A stretch of 64,000 nt of DNA. Origin: Octopus sinensis (lineage: Eukaryota). The stretch covers positions 43,648,001-43,712,000 of the forward strand of contig NC_043002.1 in assembly GCF_006345805.1 (NCBI RefSeq), given 5' to 3'. Both the position numbers and the translations under genes were made by a program. This document shows positions 50,870 to 64,000 of the stretch, in pieces. The stretch's first letter is position 1. Every line of letters starts with the position of its first letter. The notes beneath the pieces are model-generated. The model did no database searches and was not told the DNA's origin. It saw nothing but the letters and a program-made list of their open reading frames with translations.

Positions 50870-53800
50870 GAATGAATGAACAATAACAGCAATCTCAACA
50901 ACAACACCGACGAATATCATGCTAACGAAGACTTATGAAAGTAATATTAATACTTCCACCACAGCCACTATCGATACCAACGGAAAGGAAAAAGAATGAA
51001 GATAAAAACAGCAACAACAATGAGGACAGTAACGAAGAAAAACAAATTATCAATTTGACACATCTGAAAATTTTTACTTTCACCGTCGCCACCACCACCA
51101 CTTAGCAGCACAAATAAAAGATCCACACTTTAAAAATTTAGAGTTACCAGATTCGCAAACACAGCTGCAACATGAAAAGTTTATTAAATTAGCATTTTGA
51201 ATAAAAGAAAATGACTTAAACCGTCCTTATACGGTATAGTCAAAATGTAGGAATGAACATTTCAGAATCCATCCAAGAAATCAATCTGAGAACGCTTGAT
51301 AGGCACAAAAAAGACCATAAAATTGAACAAAGAATACTGCAGCAAATGTAAAAGTGCCTCAGCTCGGTCTGAGACACCAAAACATATGTCACTAGAGGAA
51401 AAAATACGGCACGGTGATGGTGAGATTTCTGACTGAGGATGAGGCCAGGAAGCTCTCCACGAGAGCACTAGAGAGTAACGGACTCATACCAATTTGCCTT
51501 GGCCTTAGATGTAGAGTAGATAAAGATTGTCGATGCTCCTCCAGAAGTAAACATCTGCTGGTTGGTAGCAGCGGTACTCTTCGACATATAGGACAAAACT
51601 AATTTTCTGCAGGTCCACAGGTTGCACAAACAAACGAGGTAGGGCCAAAGAATGGAGATATTGATCCACACAGATCAAGAAGGTATGGAATATATCCTAT
51701 ACTTGATCGATCTCTCAGACTGCACAAAACTGTACGTCACTGTCGAATCTAGGAGGAAAATATGTCACTTGTGTGAGAAAACAAATCATCTCAAGGCTTT
51801 CAGTCCACAGCAAAGAATGAGAGAAGAATGAATCTCACATCTATCGATACTATCACCACAACGATTACAACGAACACCAGTAGCATAAACACTAGTAGTA
51901 CCAAAGGCAAAGGACAACAGCAACTGTAACACTAAAACTAGCAGCTGCGAATGCAAGCAGAAACAGCTGTAGCCACAACACTAAAAGATGAATCACCAGC
52001 AACTAAAGCAACAAAAAATAAAGCACTGCCCTCAAAAACCACCACACCATCAACAACTGAAAGCCCCAAATTACAGCAACAAAAGAACAATGACTTCCTA
52101 AGACATGCCCCCTCCTCGCTTGGGATCTCTCAGGCATGTGTGGCAAAGGTGACGGAGAAGAAAACAAATGGCAGCAAGTGTTAAATAAGGAAAAAAAAGG
52201 AAAGAGAAAAAATCACACCAACTAAAATGGTTGAGAGATACAGACGCGTGAAGGAAAGAAACTCTCCATCAACACCATATCTAACAACAACAACAATAAC
52301 ACCAATACAACCAACACCATCATCACACTCACAGTCACCTCCACCACGAAGACAATCATCATCACAAACACCAGCAAAACCTATCATACACGCAAATCAA
52401 GGACAAATGAAAATAAATATTATACATTATGCTGCCATAAATAAAAAAAACATAGTTAATGAAACATATGCATCAATACACAAACATTACTTAGAATTAT
52501 TTTTATTGCGCCAACAGAAAACACACCAGCACTCATAAAAATCGTCCAATGCATTCAAAACATATATAACGCATAAAGAAAGCTATCACTCGCTGGCGTA
52601 GTAAACTTCAGAAACAATATCAATAAAAGACTTCATAGAGAATTATTTGTGGATATATCTGCGTTCTATGGAAGGACGAAGTACCTATCCATTCATAAGA
52701 ATAAGGTAAGTCGTCCTTTTTACATCTTCCTCCTTCTCAGAAACATGGCTTGGTCAGAATAAACGATGTAAATGAACGTATCCTGAGGGTCACCTTAAAG
52801 CAGGGTTGTCTGTTGCACAGCAAACACAGATTACTAGATATAGATGTGGTCGCCCTCAGCGAGACCAGGGTTTCTGATCCACAAGCCTTCATGGCCATTT
52901 TCGGTGGATACGAGAGCTACTTATCTCCAAGACGACCAGGATTGAGATAAGGAACTGATGTGTTATTTCAAAATGATCTACATTTGCGATATGGATCACC
53001 TTGGACCCAGAAAGTAAACTAGTGGTCCTGGATGTGAACAGTAGTGAAATGGGTACCTTCAACTAGCAGCTGTTTATGTATCAACAAGGGTGAAGCAACC
53101 AGAACTTTTGCACTTGGAAAGCTTCGGAACGTCCCGCTCTTTAGTACTAGTGGGTGACTGGAACGCCATCTTGGATACACATTTGGGTTGAGGGAAGTTA
53201 GCTGATAGGAGATATAGGTGCAAAATCCTCGCAAATCTGCTCAGACGTTTCCAACTGGCAGGTACCGACTGAATTTCCCGAATGTGCCGATGTGGCCATA
53301 AACATCGAGTTATCTAGATCGTATTTTGATAAAGTATTATGTAAGCTAGTAAGTAAAGATAGCATAGGTTTTAAACAATTTAAAGTGGCCGGATACTGCA
53401 AGTTTGCGACATGTACGTTTGACCTAGACATGCTACGTAGGCAGGGATCGGGTTACTGGAGGCTGAAAGTGTTGCTCCCGGTGCCCCGAGGTTACAGAAT
53501 TCGAATTAGCGAATTAGTTAAGCGGGCGTTGACAGGGGCAGTTGTCAGCAACAATGTTAGTTCGCTCTGAAAAGGAGTAGAATCGATTGTTTAGTAAAGT
53601 CATAGGCACTTGGGAAAGATGTTGAAATCAACGTGCTCACGGCGAAAATAGCCCAGACCAGTTCTTCATCGCAACGCACGGTTACATTGTCAGAACTAAG
53701 GCGCGCGTACTCTAAAACGCGAGGGCACGAAAGCCTTTCGATGGACCAGAAAGGAAGAAACTGAACGCAGCAAGAAATCCACAAATCGGTCTTTGGTAGA

Positions 53801-54240
53801 CCTTAATGGGTGCATGTTATTCGACTCCAAGCAGATGTGTACAGCTTTTAACCAACACTTCGTTCGACTGTTCAGGTTGCCCGGAACGAAGAATGGATTT
53901 TTTTCAGTGCCTATCTCGACTGCCTGCGGCTACTCTCTACTCGAGAAGCGGAGTGCTCTAAATGACGATACCAGCCACAGAAATACAAGAAATGAATGTT
54001 GGTAGCACAGGGCACAAATCAACTGCTTTGGATAGTCTACCCTACGAGCTTGACTTGTCTGAAAACCTTTTGGTAAATATCTACCGCACTGGCAGCACAA
54101 TGGAAGAATTCCCTGTTCTCTGAGTAGAGAAGCGAAAATGCTGCTGAGAAAGAACCCAAAATTAAGGTGAGCAGATTTCAAGATTTTGTTCAAAGTTTTG
54201 GCAAAGAGGTTGGCGCTTGTCATTGATGACCTAACATGAT
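50870..54240 (+). mobile_element. Decayed L1/Tx1-like LINE (ORF1, AP endonuclease, start of RT)
   Basis: ORF1 YGTVMVRFLTEDEARKLS and CHLCEKTNHLK knuckle; EN DIDVVALSETRV, QGSGYWRL; RT ADFKILFKVLAKRLALVIDDL; inverted ORF1-like piece at 50600-50830 (KKYGTVEMRF). Confidence 0.8.
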
Positions 54241-55081
54241 ATAATCAACTATTCCTACCCACAAATTTTCTGGCCTTACGAGCGATCAATGGTGCTTCTG
54301 ACAAAATGCTTAGTGACATTTTTGTCCGGCTCCATACGTTTGAAATCAACTTTTCCTTTCAATTTTTAGGTGTCAATAGAATAAGGTACCATTCAAGTAC
54401 TGGGATCAATGTAATCGACTTCACTCCATCCCTCAAAATTGCAAGCCATGTACCGAAATTTGAAAGAATTACTCCATCGACTATTCTGAATGGTCGACAA
54501 ATATTCATTTTTATCAATTCAATTAATCTTTGTCCCAACAAATCATGGTTTCATATTTAACTTTGAAAACTCAACGCTTGCTTATATTGATTCTTTGCAG
54601 TAGTTATTGCTGCCAAGAATCATCATAATGTCGAGGAATAAAAGCTGCTATAATGTGGAATTGTTGTTGCTTGTGCGTGTGCTTATTTCAAACTGATTTA
54701 AAATGATTCTTTAGTGCTGTTGGCAGATTTAAGGTATAAATCTAATTTTCAAACGAGAAAGTAGTTATTAGTTTAAGCTAGAATGTGAATATTAAAAGGA
54801 AACTTCATTTGGCTCATAAACTATATATATTTATTTGAGAGCAGAATTATGCGTTCAAGAGATTTATAGCTCTGATATTGTTTTACCGGACAGAATTGAT
54901 AGTCTTGTGTGAAATGATAAATGAGAGGGAGGATAGAATTGATATTTAGCTTAAAGACTACTCTTCTCATTCTAAGATCATATCACATAACGTTATCAAA
55001 ATTTCAAGTGTCATTCTGTAGAACATATGTGATATGTGCCAGTATGTGCGTGCCACCAATTTTTTTTTTGTATTTATGTAT

Positions 55082-55146
<65 letters not shown>

Positions 55147-55429
55147 GATGGACACTCTAGTCGAAGATCACGTATGAGTGTTCAGTTTTCGCCGAACGAC
55201 CAACACAAATGATTTCTGATCAAATGTATGCGCTGTACATTAAGCTCCCTCCCTCCATCAAACCAATGTTGCCTGAAAAGGTGCACAGTGTCCACTAGGG
55301 TAGGGCGTTTTTCGCAATTTTCGATTTCGTGATAGGGGTAATGCAGAAAAGTTGTGAATGGACATCAAAATAACTGGTGTAAAATCTTAGAACTCTGCCC
55401 TTGGAGTTCAAAGATGCAACCGTAAATGT

Positions 55430-56090
55430 AGATTGCCATATTTCTGTGGAAGACATCACACGTGATTAGCAGCGACTTGAAAATGTCATCAAGTTCCCTT
55501 GTGCAACATGACATTGTTGCAAAGACAATATACAATGCCATTCGGGAAAAAGACTGCCCTGGAATAAATATAGAAAATCCCTCTGTTATTGAATACGTCA
55601 CCAAATATCAGCACAAGGAATACTGGTGGAACATTCCCATCAAAACATCTGTCAAGTGCAAGCGTAACAGGCAGGATATTGATGTTTGGGACAGACAAGG
55701 AAAAGTATGTGCCGCTATAGAGATCAGCTGTCCTGCTGCTGTGAATATCTTCTTGAAAATCAAAGAGAAAGAAGATAACTATGGACAGCTGCTTCAAAAT
55801 CTTCAGCTTCTATATCTGGATTACAAATTTACATTCATTCCAATAATAAGTAAAGCACTTGATTTTGTAAGTAAATGCCTAACTGTCAGTCTGGATAAGC
55901 TTGGATTTTCAGAAAAAGAAATCAACCATCTGATTCGCACATTACAAATACAATCTGTAAGCGGAACGGTAAAGCTATGAAAGAATTTTCTCAGGTTTAA
56001 AATATGATATTGTTTTCAGTATCTACGTTCCAAAGATGTAGCTTTGTATCTTTGTTAGAAACCAGCTAATTTTCAGAAGAAGAATTTACA
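55430..56090 (+). mobile_element. R4/Dong-like LINE 3' fragment, best-preserved RLE domain (ORF 55462-55980)
   Basis: QHDIVAKTIYNAIR...EYWWNIPIKTSVKCKRNRQDIDVWD...IEISCP..KEKEDNY; followed by (TACA)n. Confidence 0.9.
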
Positions 56091-56210
56091 CTTATACACA
56101 CACACGTACGTACATACATACATACATACATACATACATACATACATACATACATACATACATACATACATACATACATACATAGATACATAGATACATA
56201 CATACATATT

Positions 56211-56380
56211 CAGGGGCATAGCTAAGGTGGGGAAAGTAGGGTAGATGCCCTGAGCGCCACTTTGAGGGGTTGTAATTTTGACCAAGATCATTTTCAAATT
56301 AAGCCATTAAAAAAGATTTGGTTTGGTGGGGGGGGACCTTTTCTGATGCTTGCCCTGGGCGCCATTTACCCTAGCCTCTG
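56211..56380. mobile_element. hAT-like MITE
   Basis: caggggcatagcta...tagcctctg termini and ccctgggcgcc subterminal motif. Confidence 0.5.
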
Positions 56381-57300
56381 TATATACATACATCAACGCC
56401 AGCGTGTAAGCTTAGAAAACCGTTTCAATTGGTTTTGAACATTTTCCTCTACAAGTATGTAAACCAATCAGAAACTTTATTCTTATATTTTCATTTATTC
56501 ATTTTATGTATTCATTTATTGTCCTGTTAAAAATACTGACTATCACAACATTATCAGAGCGGATTACAAAGCGTATTCACATGATGTGGAATTTAACTTT
56601 TCGAGTCATAGTTGTCAGTGATAAAAATACTAATAGCGAAGTAGAATTGGCAGCACCAACAATGCTACCAAAATTGCACAGAAACATGCATACATACATG
56701 TATAAGTAAAATAAACACCAGAGATGATTTGCCGCGCGCAGAAACTACAGGAGCTGCTGAGAGGTTTTGCAAGTTCTAAATCTATTGCAACGTTGGAAAC
56801 CCTTCCGTATCGTCAGCATGTATCTGAGGGTCACACGCGTCGTGCCCATGTTAGCCTGTACGCTTCACCTGAGTAGGGCAGTGAGGATCGAGCTAGTTTT
56901 CACTTTCAGAAGGGTTCCACTTGCGGTCTTTTCGCAATCATAACTATCTTGAGCTACTTCCAGCTGCCGAGCTTGTTTTTTTAACGAATTTCTTCAGTTA
57001 TATAGGCTCTATTCCTATATTCTGCAAGAAATAACACTGTATATATACATATATATATATAAATACACACACATAAATATATATGTACGTAAATATATGT
57101 ATATATGTGTATATAAATATATGTATATATAAATATACATATACATATGTAGATATATGTATAATATACATATATACATATATATATATATACATATACG
57201 TGCATAAATATATACATAGATATATATATGTACATATGAACATATATCTATACATATATACATATATATATATATATACGTGCATAAATATGTACATATA

Positions 57301-57684
57301 TCTCTCTATATATAAACGGCAGTTTGTCTGTGCGTGTTTCTGTGTGTCTGTTTGCTTGTACCCTCACCCTGACCACGGCTTTCAACCGATTCTGATGAAA
57401 CTTGACACACACATAGCCCAATGTCATAATTCAAAACTAACGCAGCAAACATTTTGAAAAGTTCCCCCAGTTCTGAAAAAATTCGATAAATTCGACATGG
57501 GGTCGAGAATCAGAAACACGAACCACAAACTGTCTAGGGGACGCAACTCAACCTTTTTAAATCTCCCAAAAAAATTTACCATCATTTTTTTCCATTTTTT
57601 TGCTATTTTTTGGCTATAACTCTCTACAAATGCTTTATAGTTATTTCCCTTACAAACCTGAGCAATGCCGGGCGATACTGCTAG
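57301..57684 (+). mobile_element. Complete non-autonomous Helitron in (TA)n
   Basis: A|TC...CTAG|T; near-identical to 30292-30666. Confidence 0.92.
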
Positions 57685-57873
57685 TATATATATATATACA
57701 TATATATATAATCACATATATATATATGCATATATATAGTTATATATATATATACATATACATATATATGTATAAAATATGTATGCATATACACACACAT
57801 AATTATATATATATATATGTATGTATAAATATATATATGTATACATATATACATACACACATACATATATATG

Positions 57874-57935
<62 letters not shown>

Positions 57936-58383
57936 ATGTATACATATATATATATATACATATATACATATATATATGACCACCAAAGTGGATTCCTTAT
58001 ATGCTAAACATAGATGTCAAATCGCCTTAGCACGAAGAGTGTGTGCTGAAGAAAATTTCAGCAAACGCCAGAATGTAAAAATGATCAAGGCAAATGAAAA
58101 TATACGAAATAAAAACGATCACCTACGTACATGTGTTTTCGTTTGTTAATATTTGTGAATGTAAATATCTGCAAACTTATCAGCGTAGTCTGTCGCTTAC
58201 AAAACACAATTTTCAGAACCAGACACAGAACGCTCACCCGAAAGAGAATATGTATAGAGTTCTGCAAATTATATTTGGAAATATCTTTCAAATGTCTTCA
58301 TTTTGGCGTGCTGAGGCCGGAAATAACTCTGCAGTTAATAAATTACTGCAGCTAATTTACCGGTTAGAGAACATTGTTATTTA

Positions 58384-58810
58384 AAAATTAATAATGAGGG
58401 TAGAAATTGATATTAATCAATTAAATCTAGTGGCATAGATTATTTTAAAAATCCGAAGATCAAAAATTATATTACATACAAATTAAGAGGAATGACAACG
58501 AAAGTGGATTCCTAATATGCTAAAGATAGCCGTCAAATCGCCTTACAACGAAGAGTGTGTTCTCAAGAAAATTTCAGCAATCACCAGAATGTAAAAATGA
58601 GCAGGTCAAATGGCATTTGCTGAAATTTTCTTGAGAACACACTCTTCGTGGTAAGGCGATTTGACGTCTATCTTTAACATATTAGGAATCCATTTTGGTG
58701 GTCATTCCTCTTGATTTGCATGTAATAAAACTTTTATTCTTCGGATTTTTTAAATATGCTAAGCCAGTGATTTTAATTGATTAATATCAATTTCTACTCT
58801 CATTATTTAG

Positions 58811-58814
<4 letters not shown>
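58384..58814. repeat. Imperfect ~197-bp inverted repeat (36-bp spacer), with a partial direct copy at 57976-58095
   Basis: 58384-58580 versus reverse complement of 58617-58814. Confidence 0.9.
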
Positions 58815-58857
<43 letters not shown>

Positions 58858-58890
58858 AATATCTGAAAATGTAATATGTGAAAAGTATTC

Positions 58891-59042
58891 GGATGCCGAG
58901 GTAGAAATTCACACCGCTATCTCTTCAGTTATCCGGCCATCTCAAAACTAGGATTTTTTCATAGAATTTTTCCGATGGCTGGATAAGTGAAGAGATGGCG
59001 GCGTGGATTTCCACCTCGGCATCCAAAACTCGGAGTTTTATC
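58891..59042. repeat. 51-bp inverted repeat carrying a decayed hammerhead
   Basis: 58891-58941 and 58974-59024; combining both arms gives gataa-CTGAAGA-gatg..catcc-GAAA-ctcggag-TT-ttatc. Confidence 0.7.
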
Positions 59043-59144
59043 ATTGCTAGCGAATAATTGTCACATATTACATTTACAGAGAAATACCTCTATTTACATA
59101 ATATCGAGGTCTCTTTCATTCTTTTGTTGTCTTACCATTTTTAT

Positions 59145-59176
59145 CAATGTATATATATGCACACACACACATATAT

Positions 59177-59219
<43 letters not shown>

Positions 59220-59304
59220 TATTATATATATATATATGTATATATATGTACATATATCTATATATGTACATATATGTATTTATATATCTATATACACACA
59301 CATC

Positions 59305-59336
<32 letters not shown>

Positions 59337-59344
59337 ATATATAT

Positions 59345-59431
<87 letters not shown>

Positions 59432-59526
59432 GTACATATATCTATATATGTACATATATGTATTTATATATCTATATACACACACATCTATATGTATATA
59501 TACATATATATTTACATAAATATATA

Positions 59527-59574
<48 letters not shown>

Positions 59575-59973
59575 TATATATACACATATATGTATATATA
59601 TGAATACATATACATATATATATATATGTATACATATTAACACACACATATATATGCATGTATATATATATATATGTATACGTATACATATATATATATG
59701 TATACATATATATGTATATGTATATATATACATACACTTATATATGTATATATATATATATGTATACATTTATATGTACATATATGTATACATATATATG
59801 TACATATGTACGTATGTATACATATATATGTATATATATATATGTATACATATATATATATATACATACGTACGTATGTATATGTGTACATATGTACATA
59901 TATATATCAATACAATAAGATACTTTCATGATACACACATATGCATACATACATACATACATACATACATACA

Positions 59974-60006
<33 letters not shown>

Positions 60007-60110
60007 GTATGTATGTATGTGTATGTATGTATGTATGCATGTATGTATGTATGTATGTATGTATGTATGTATGTATGTATGTATGTATGTGTATGCATAT
60101 ATGTATGTAT
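59145..60110. repeat. ~1-kb compound (TA)n/(CATA)n/(TATG)n satellite
   Basis: Direct reading; contains an internal duplication of roughly 180-bp period. Confidence 0.95.
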
Positions 60111-60749
60111 ATAAGCTCCAGGGCCTCTCAGTACTTTTCATTCATTAAATTATATGCTATTTCTATAAAGAAACGCTCCACAGTTTGGAGTTTCGGTCTA
60201 GTATTGCTCAAAAGTGCATACAGCCGCATTCTTGCCTTATAGATATATGGACTTTGTGCCGAATATAATAATACGCCACGTTCGCAAATGGTGCAGATAA
60301 TCTGTAGTTGTTCATAGAAGCATAGAAATAAATATATTCTGAAATTTGGTCTATGGTATTCTTGTTATTACATTTATACTGGGCCGTATTACATCCTGTT
60401 TAATAAGGTACCGTTTAAGAATGCTAAATTGTCTATTCTAAGAGCCGAATATATTACTTCCATCCATTTCAACCGTTGATCTCTCTCTATTTTTAGTCAA
60501 GATAATATTGAAAATATTCTCTGCCTGTATCTAATTGATAGTTTACCAGTTTGGGTTGACAAATTTCATGATGCCTGTGTAACCAACAGGAAATGTTTTG
60601 CTCCTCATTTCTCTGCAAATAATGATTAATAGTTCCACTTCGGATCAGCGTATTCTGGACGTGTAATTAATCGGCTGGTTTTTCGTAAACCCCTTCCCAT
60701 AATGAGAACCGTCTATACATATACATTCAAACTATCTTTATTTCACACA

Positions 60750-60780
<31 letters not shown>

Positions 60781-60860
60781 GCGCGCGCATACACGCACAC
60801 ATTTAAACTATTCAATCAGTATTTTGATCGCTACGTCTTCTCATAATTTTTGTACTTTCA

Positions 60861-61505
60861 ATGGCAACGAGCTAGCAGAAACGTTAGCACGCCGGGCGAA
60901 ATGCTTAGCGGCATTTCGTCTGCCGCTACATTCTGAGTTCAAATTCCGCCGAGGTCGACTTTGCCTTTCATCCTTTCGGGGTCGATTAAATAAGTACCAG
61001 TTACGCACTGGTGTCAATATAATCGACTTAATCCATCAGTCCTTAATTGTCAGTCCTTGTTTGTCCTCTCTGTCTTTAGCCCCTTGAGAGTAGTAAAGAA
61101 ATAAGTATTTCGTCTGTTTTTACGTCTTGAGTTGAAATTCCGCCGAGGTCGACTTCGCCTTTCGTCCTTTCGAGGTCGATAAATTAAGTACCAGTTGTGT
61201 ACTGGGGTTGATCTAATTGACTGGCCCCTTCCCCCAAAATCTCGGGCCTTGTGTCAAGAGTAGAAAAGAATATTTGTGCTTTCACAAAGGCGGCGAGCTG
61301 GCAGAAACGTCAACACGCCAGGCGAAATGCTTAGCAGTATCTCGTCTGTCTTTACAGTCTGAGCTCAAATTCCGTCGAGGTCGACTTTGCCTTTCCTCCT
61401 TTCGGGGTTGATAAATTAAGTACCAGTTGCGTACTGGAGTCGATTTAATTGACTGGCACCCTCCCCCAAATTTCGTGCCTTGTGCCTATAGTAGAAAAGA
61501 ATATT
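60861..61505 (+). mobile_element. SINE family B multimer (dimer plus monomer)
   Basis: Three bodies; shared tail agtagaaaagaatatttgt. Confidence 0.9.
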
Positions 61506-62584
61506 TGTACTTTCACTTTCAATTACAGCATTAAAAATAATCTAATAAGAAAGAGTCGTATAGTTTCTCGGTTTGTTATAAATAGAAGCCAAATCTTTGC
61601 CAAAGCTCACCTTACCACCTTCAAAAATGAAAGGAAGCATTTGATAATGTTGTACTTGGTACCCATAAAAATGTGTTAGTCTCGGCAGAGAAATGTCTTT
61701 GATCATGAGTCAGCTGTATCAAAGCTGGACTGAGTTTAAGCAACAACACTCTAAAGTTTATGATAAATAGCTTACAATGCTGGAACTAAGGATTGAGTCA
61801 AGCCCTTACACTGTAAGGTCAATGACAATCTTTGAATATTGCTTCTCAGCCAACTAAATTGATCCTCAGTTCAATATACACTCTATTATTTTCAGCACTA
61901 GGATGACATGCTTTCAGATATAAATATCAAGATAATGTACCTCATAATACAATTATGATGGCAATGGAGATAGTGAAATACAATTCAGTCTGATAATTCT
62001 GTGGGGTTACTTTATATTAGCAACAAGAAGGATAGTTTTAAGGTGCAGGTGTGCTGCTTGAAGATATACGCTAACTACTACAACAGCAACGCAGAAAGAT
62101 TAAGCTGCCTGTTCTGTTTTCATGATTCCGGATGTGACAGATGCAAGGTTAACTCGAAGAAATTTAGCTTAAATTGTCCAATTTAATCAGGTATTTAATG
62201 GGTCTAATGCCAACACGACCTTTTATGCAAAATTGATTTCAAATACCTTATACTTTTTTTTTGTCTGCAAAATTTAGTATCAATAACTCCGGTAGCTTGC
62301 AATCATTATTAACATTCTAACCCAAATACCTTAATTATAAGTTGTAATCTCAAATTTAAAGTAAACTGTAGACGATTTGTCATAATCTTTTCGGGATTTA
62401 TTAATTTAAATGTTTAATGTATGAAGAGAAAGCACTCAAACTATATTGTACAGTGCAGGTGTTTATTATCAATTTACAATACTAATGTAAGTGACCAGTG
62501 ATAATCAGATTAGAATTACACACAAACACACATGCACGCACATACACATACACACATACACACATACACACACATATATATACT

Positions 62585-62616
<32 letters not shown>

Positions 62617-62684
62617 TGTATGTATGTATGTATGTATATGTACGTGTGTGTGTGTATGTATGTATGTATGTATGTATGTATGTA

Positions 62685-62715
<31 letters not shown>

Positions 62716-63493
62716 GTATTAAGCAGTAGATATATTCCAACATGGCGCACTTATTTCTGTTTAAGAGGATTTAATAATTATTAGCCATGTTTTAATCATT
62801 TAACGACAAACTTAATAATCAACTGACTTATTGCAATACATACAATCTGTAAAAGGAAAATAAAATTCTTTAATTATCCATGACATTTTAACTGTAAATG
62901 TCTGTCATTTGTTCAAGATGTAATTCATTTGCACTACATGGCTTCAAAATTTCACAGTCAACAATTCTAACTCTATTCAAATAATAATTAAATACTTCGG
63001 AACAGAAAATGCAAGAATCGGAGAACAAAAGTAACAAAATTGCATGTTGACAAAATTTCTACTTAAATATATTTTCACTGAGTAATTGGCCTTCTTATAA
63101 TTTTTCGTTTCTATATTTACTATTATCCAACAGTATACTGAAGGACTAAGTTCTTGGAATGATACCAGACTAGAAGTCCTATGTAAAGAATGCATTATTA
63201 GTGTGACATTTATCAGCATTTCTGCGTAAGTCGCTTAAGTGATAGTTATTCTGCTAACATTCGATAGGGTATTGTTTGCCAGGATCGCAAGCCCGATAAA
63301 TTTGTAGACTATACGAAAATCGTCACACATATGCGAGTTTGGTAATATATACCATGCATGCCCTGCTCATTATTTCCGGAGCCTTTGTAGTCGCGACCAG
63401 AAAGTGACACAATCTGAATCTTCCATACTGTGATCCAGCTGAACCTCTAGGATGTGACAGACGGAAACAGAGAGCGTGAAGATATACACACAA

Positions 63494-63564
<71 letters not shown>

Positions 63565-63615
63565 TATGAATAAATGAAAGAATGGAGTTGAACGACAAAT
63601 TAACAATTTCCTTTA

Positions 63616-63697
63616 TTTTCGACATATGTTTCGAAGGCTGCATATCCTAATTGTGAAGGAATAAGGAGTACATTATGTCGCTTTCTCATCAGAAAAA
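63616..63697 (-). ncRNA. Type-I hammerhead ribozyme motif with extended stem II
   Basis: ttttt-CTGATGA-gaaagc..(long, partly paired)..gccttc-GAAA-catatg-TC-gaaaa: canonical cores, GUC cleavage triplet, palindromic stem III. Confidence 0.65.
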
Positions 63698-63812
63698 CAA
63701 GGAATTTATGTCAACATCAAGATTCACAAAAACTTTTAGATGACTGCTCTCACGGAGCGCATAGCGATAATGAGTGTCTCTTTAATATTCCTTTATAAGG
63801 AATATTACTCAA

Positions 63813-63858
<46 letters not shown>

Positions 63859-64000
63859 ATGTGTGTGTGTGTGTGTATGTATGCATGTATGTATGTATGT
63901 ATTATGCATGTATGTATGTATGTATGTATGTATGTATGTATGTATGTATGTATGTATGTATGTATGTATGTATGTGTGTAGAAGGTTGAAAAGGAACACA

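Noticed and set aside
54500-55020. Additional cassette copies (also 31650-31950, 38640-39000 and 60300-60700)
   Set aside because: Only short shared words (caggaaatg, atttcaaac, ttgacg); no ordered alignment convincing by eye. Needs an HMM search.
55462-55980. Host nuclease gene
   Set aside because: 5'-truncated LINE RLE domain with altered motifs (RHD to QHD, RPD to RQD) and several decayed copies in this window.

Overview
AT-rich, repeat-saturated eukaryotic DNA. The SINE families and (TACA)n/(CA)n/(TA)n load resemble a coleoid cephalopod such as Octopus; this is an inference, not a database result. There is no intact protein-coding gene. Almost all ORFs in the track are microsatellite read-through or decayed transposon ORFs: R4/Dong-like RLE LINEs, an L1/Tx1-like LINE, RTE, Gypsy, Helitron, Tc1/mariner, piggyBac and hAT-like MITEs, Penelope-type inverted ends with hammerhead-like motifs, and three tRNA-derived SINE families. 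The most notable signal appears once the insertions are mentally removed. The unique-looking DNA is a minus-strand tandem array of about 7 clear and 3 tentative diverged paralogous modules. A typical module has twin CRE/ATF-like sites with starts 18 bp apart, a TCATTT initiator-like motif, a short non-coding exon-like segment and a GT splice donor. All point toward a candidate acceptor (137-145) and an ATG (56) at the left edge of the window. This suggests a duplicated variable-promoter/first-exon cassette system, or an array of small spliced ncRNA genes. All alignments were done by eye and boundaries are approximate unless stated as exact.
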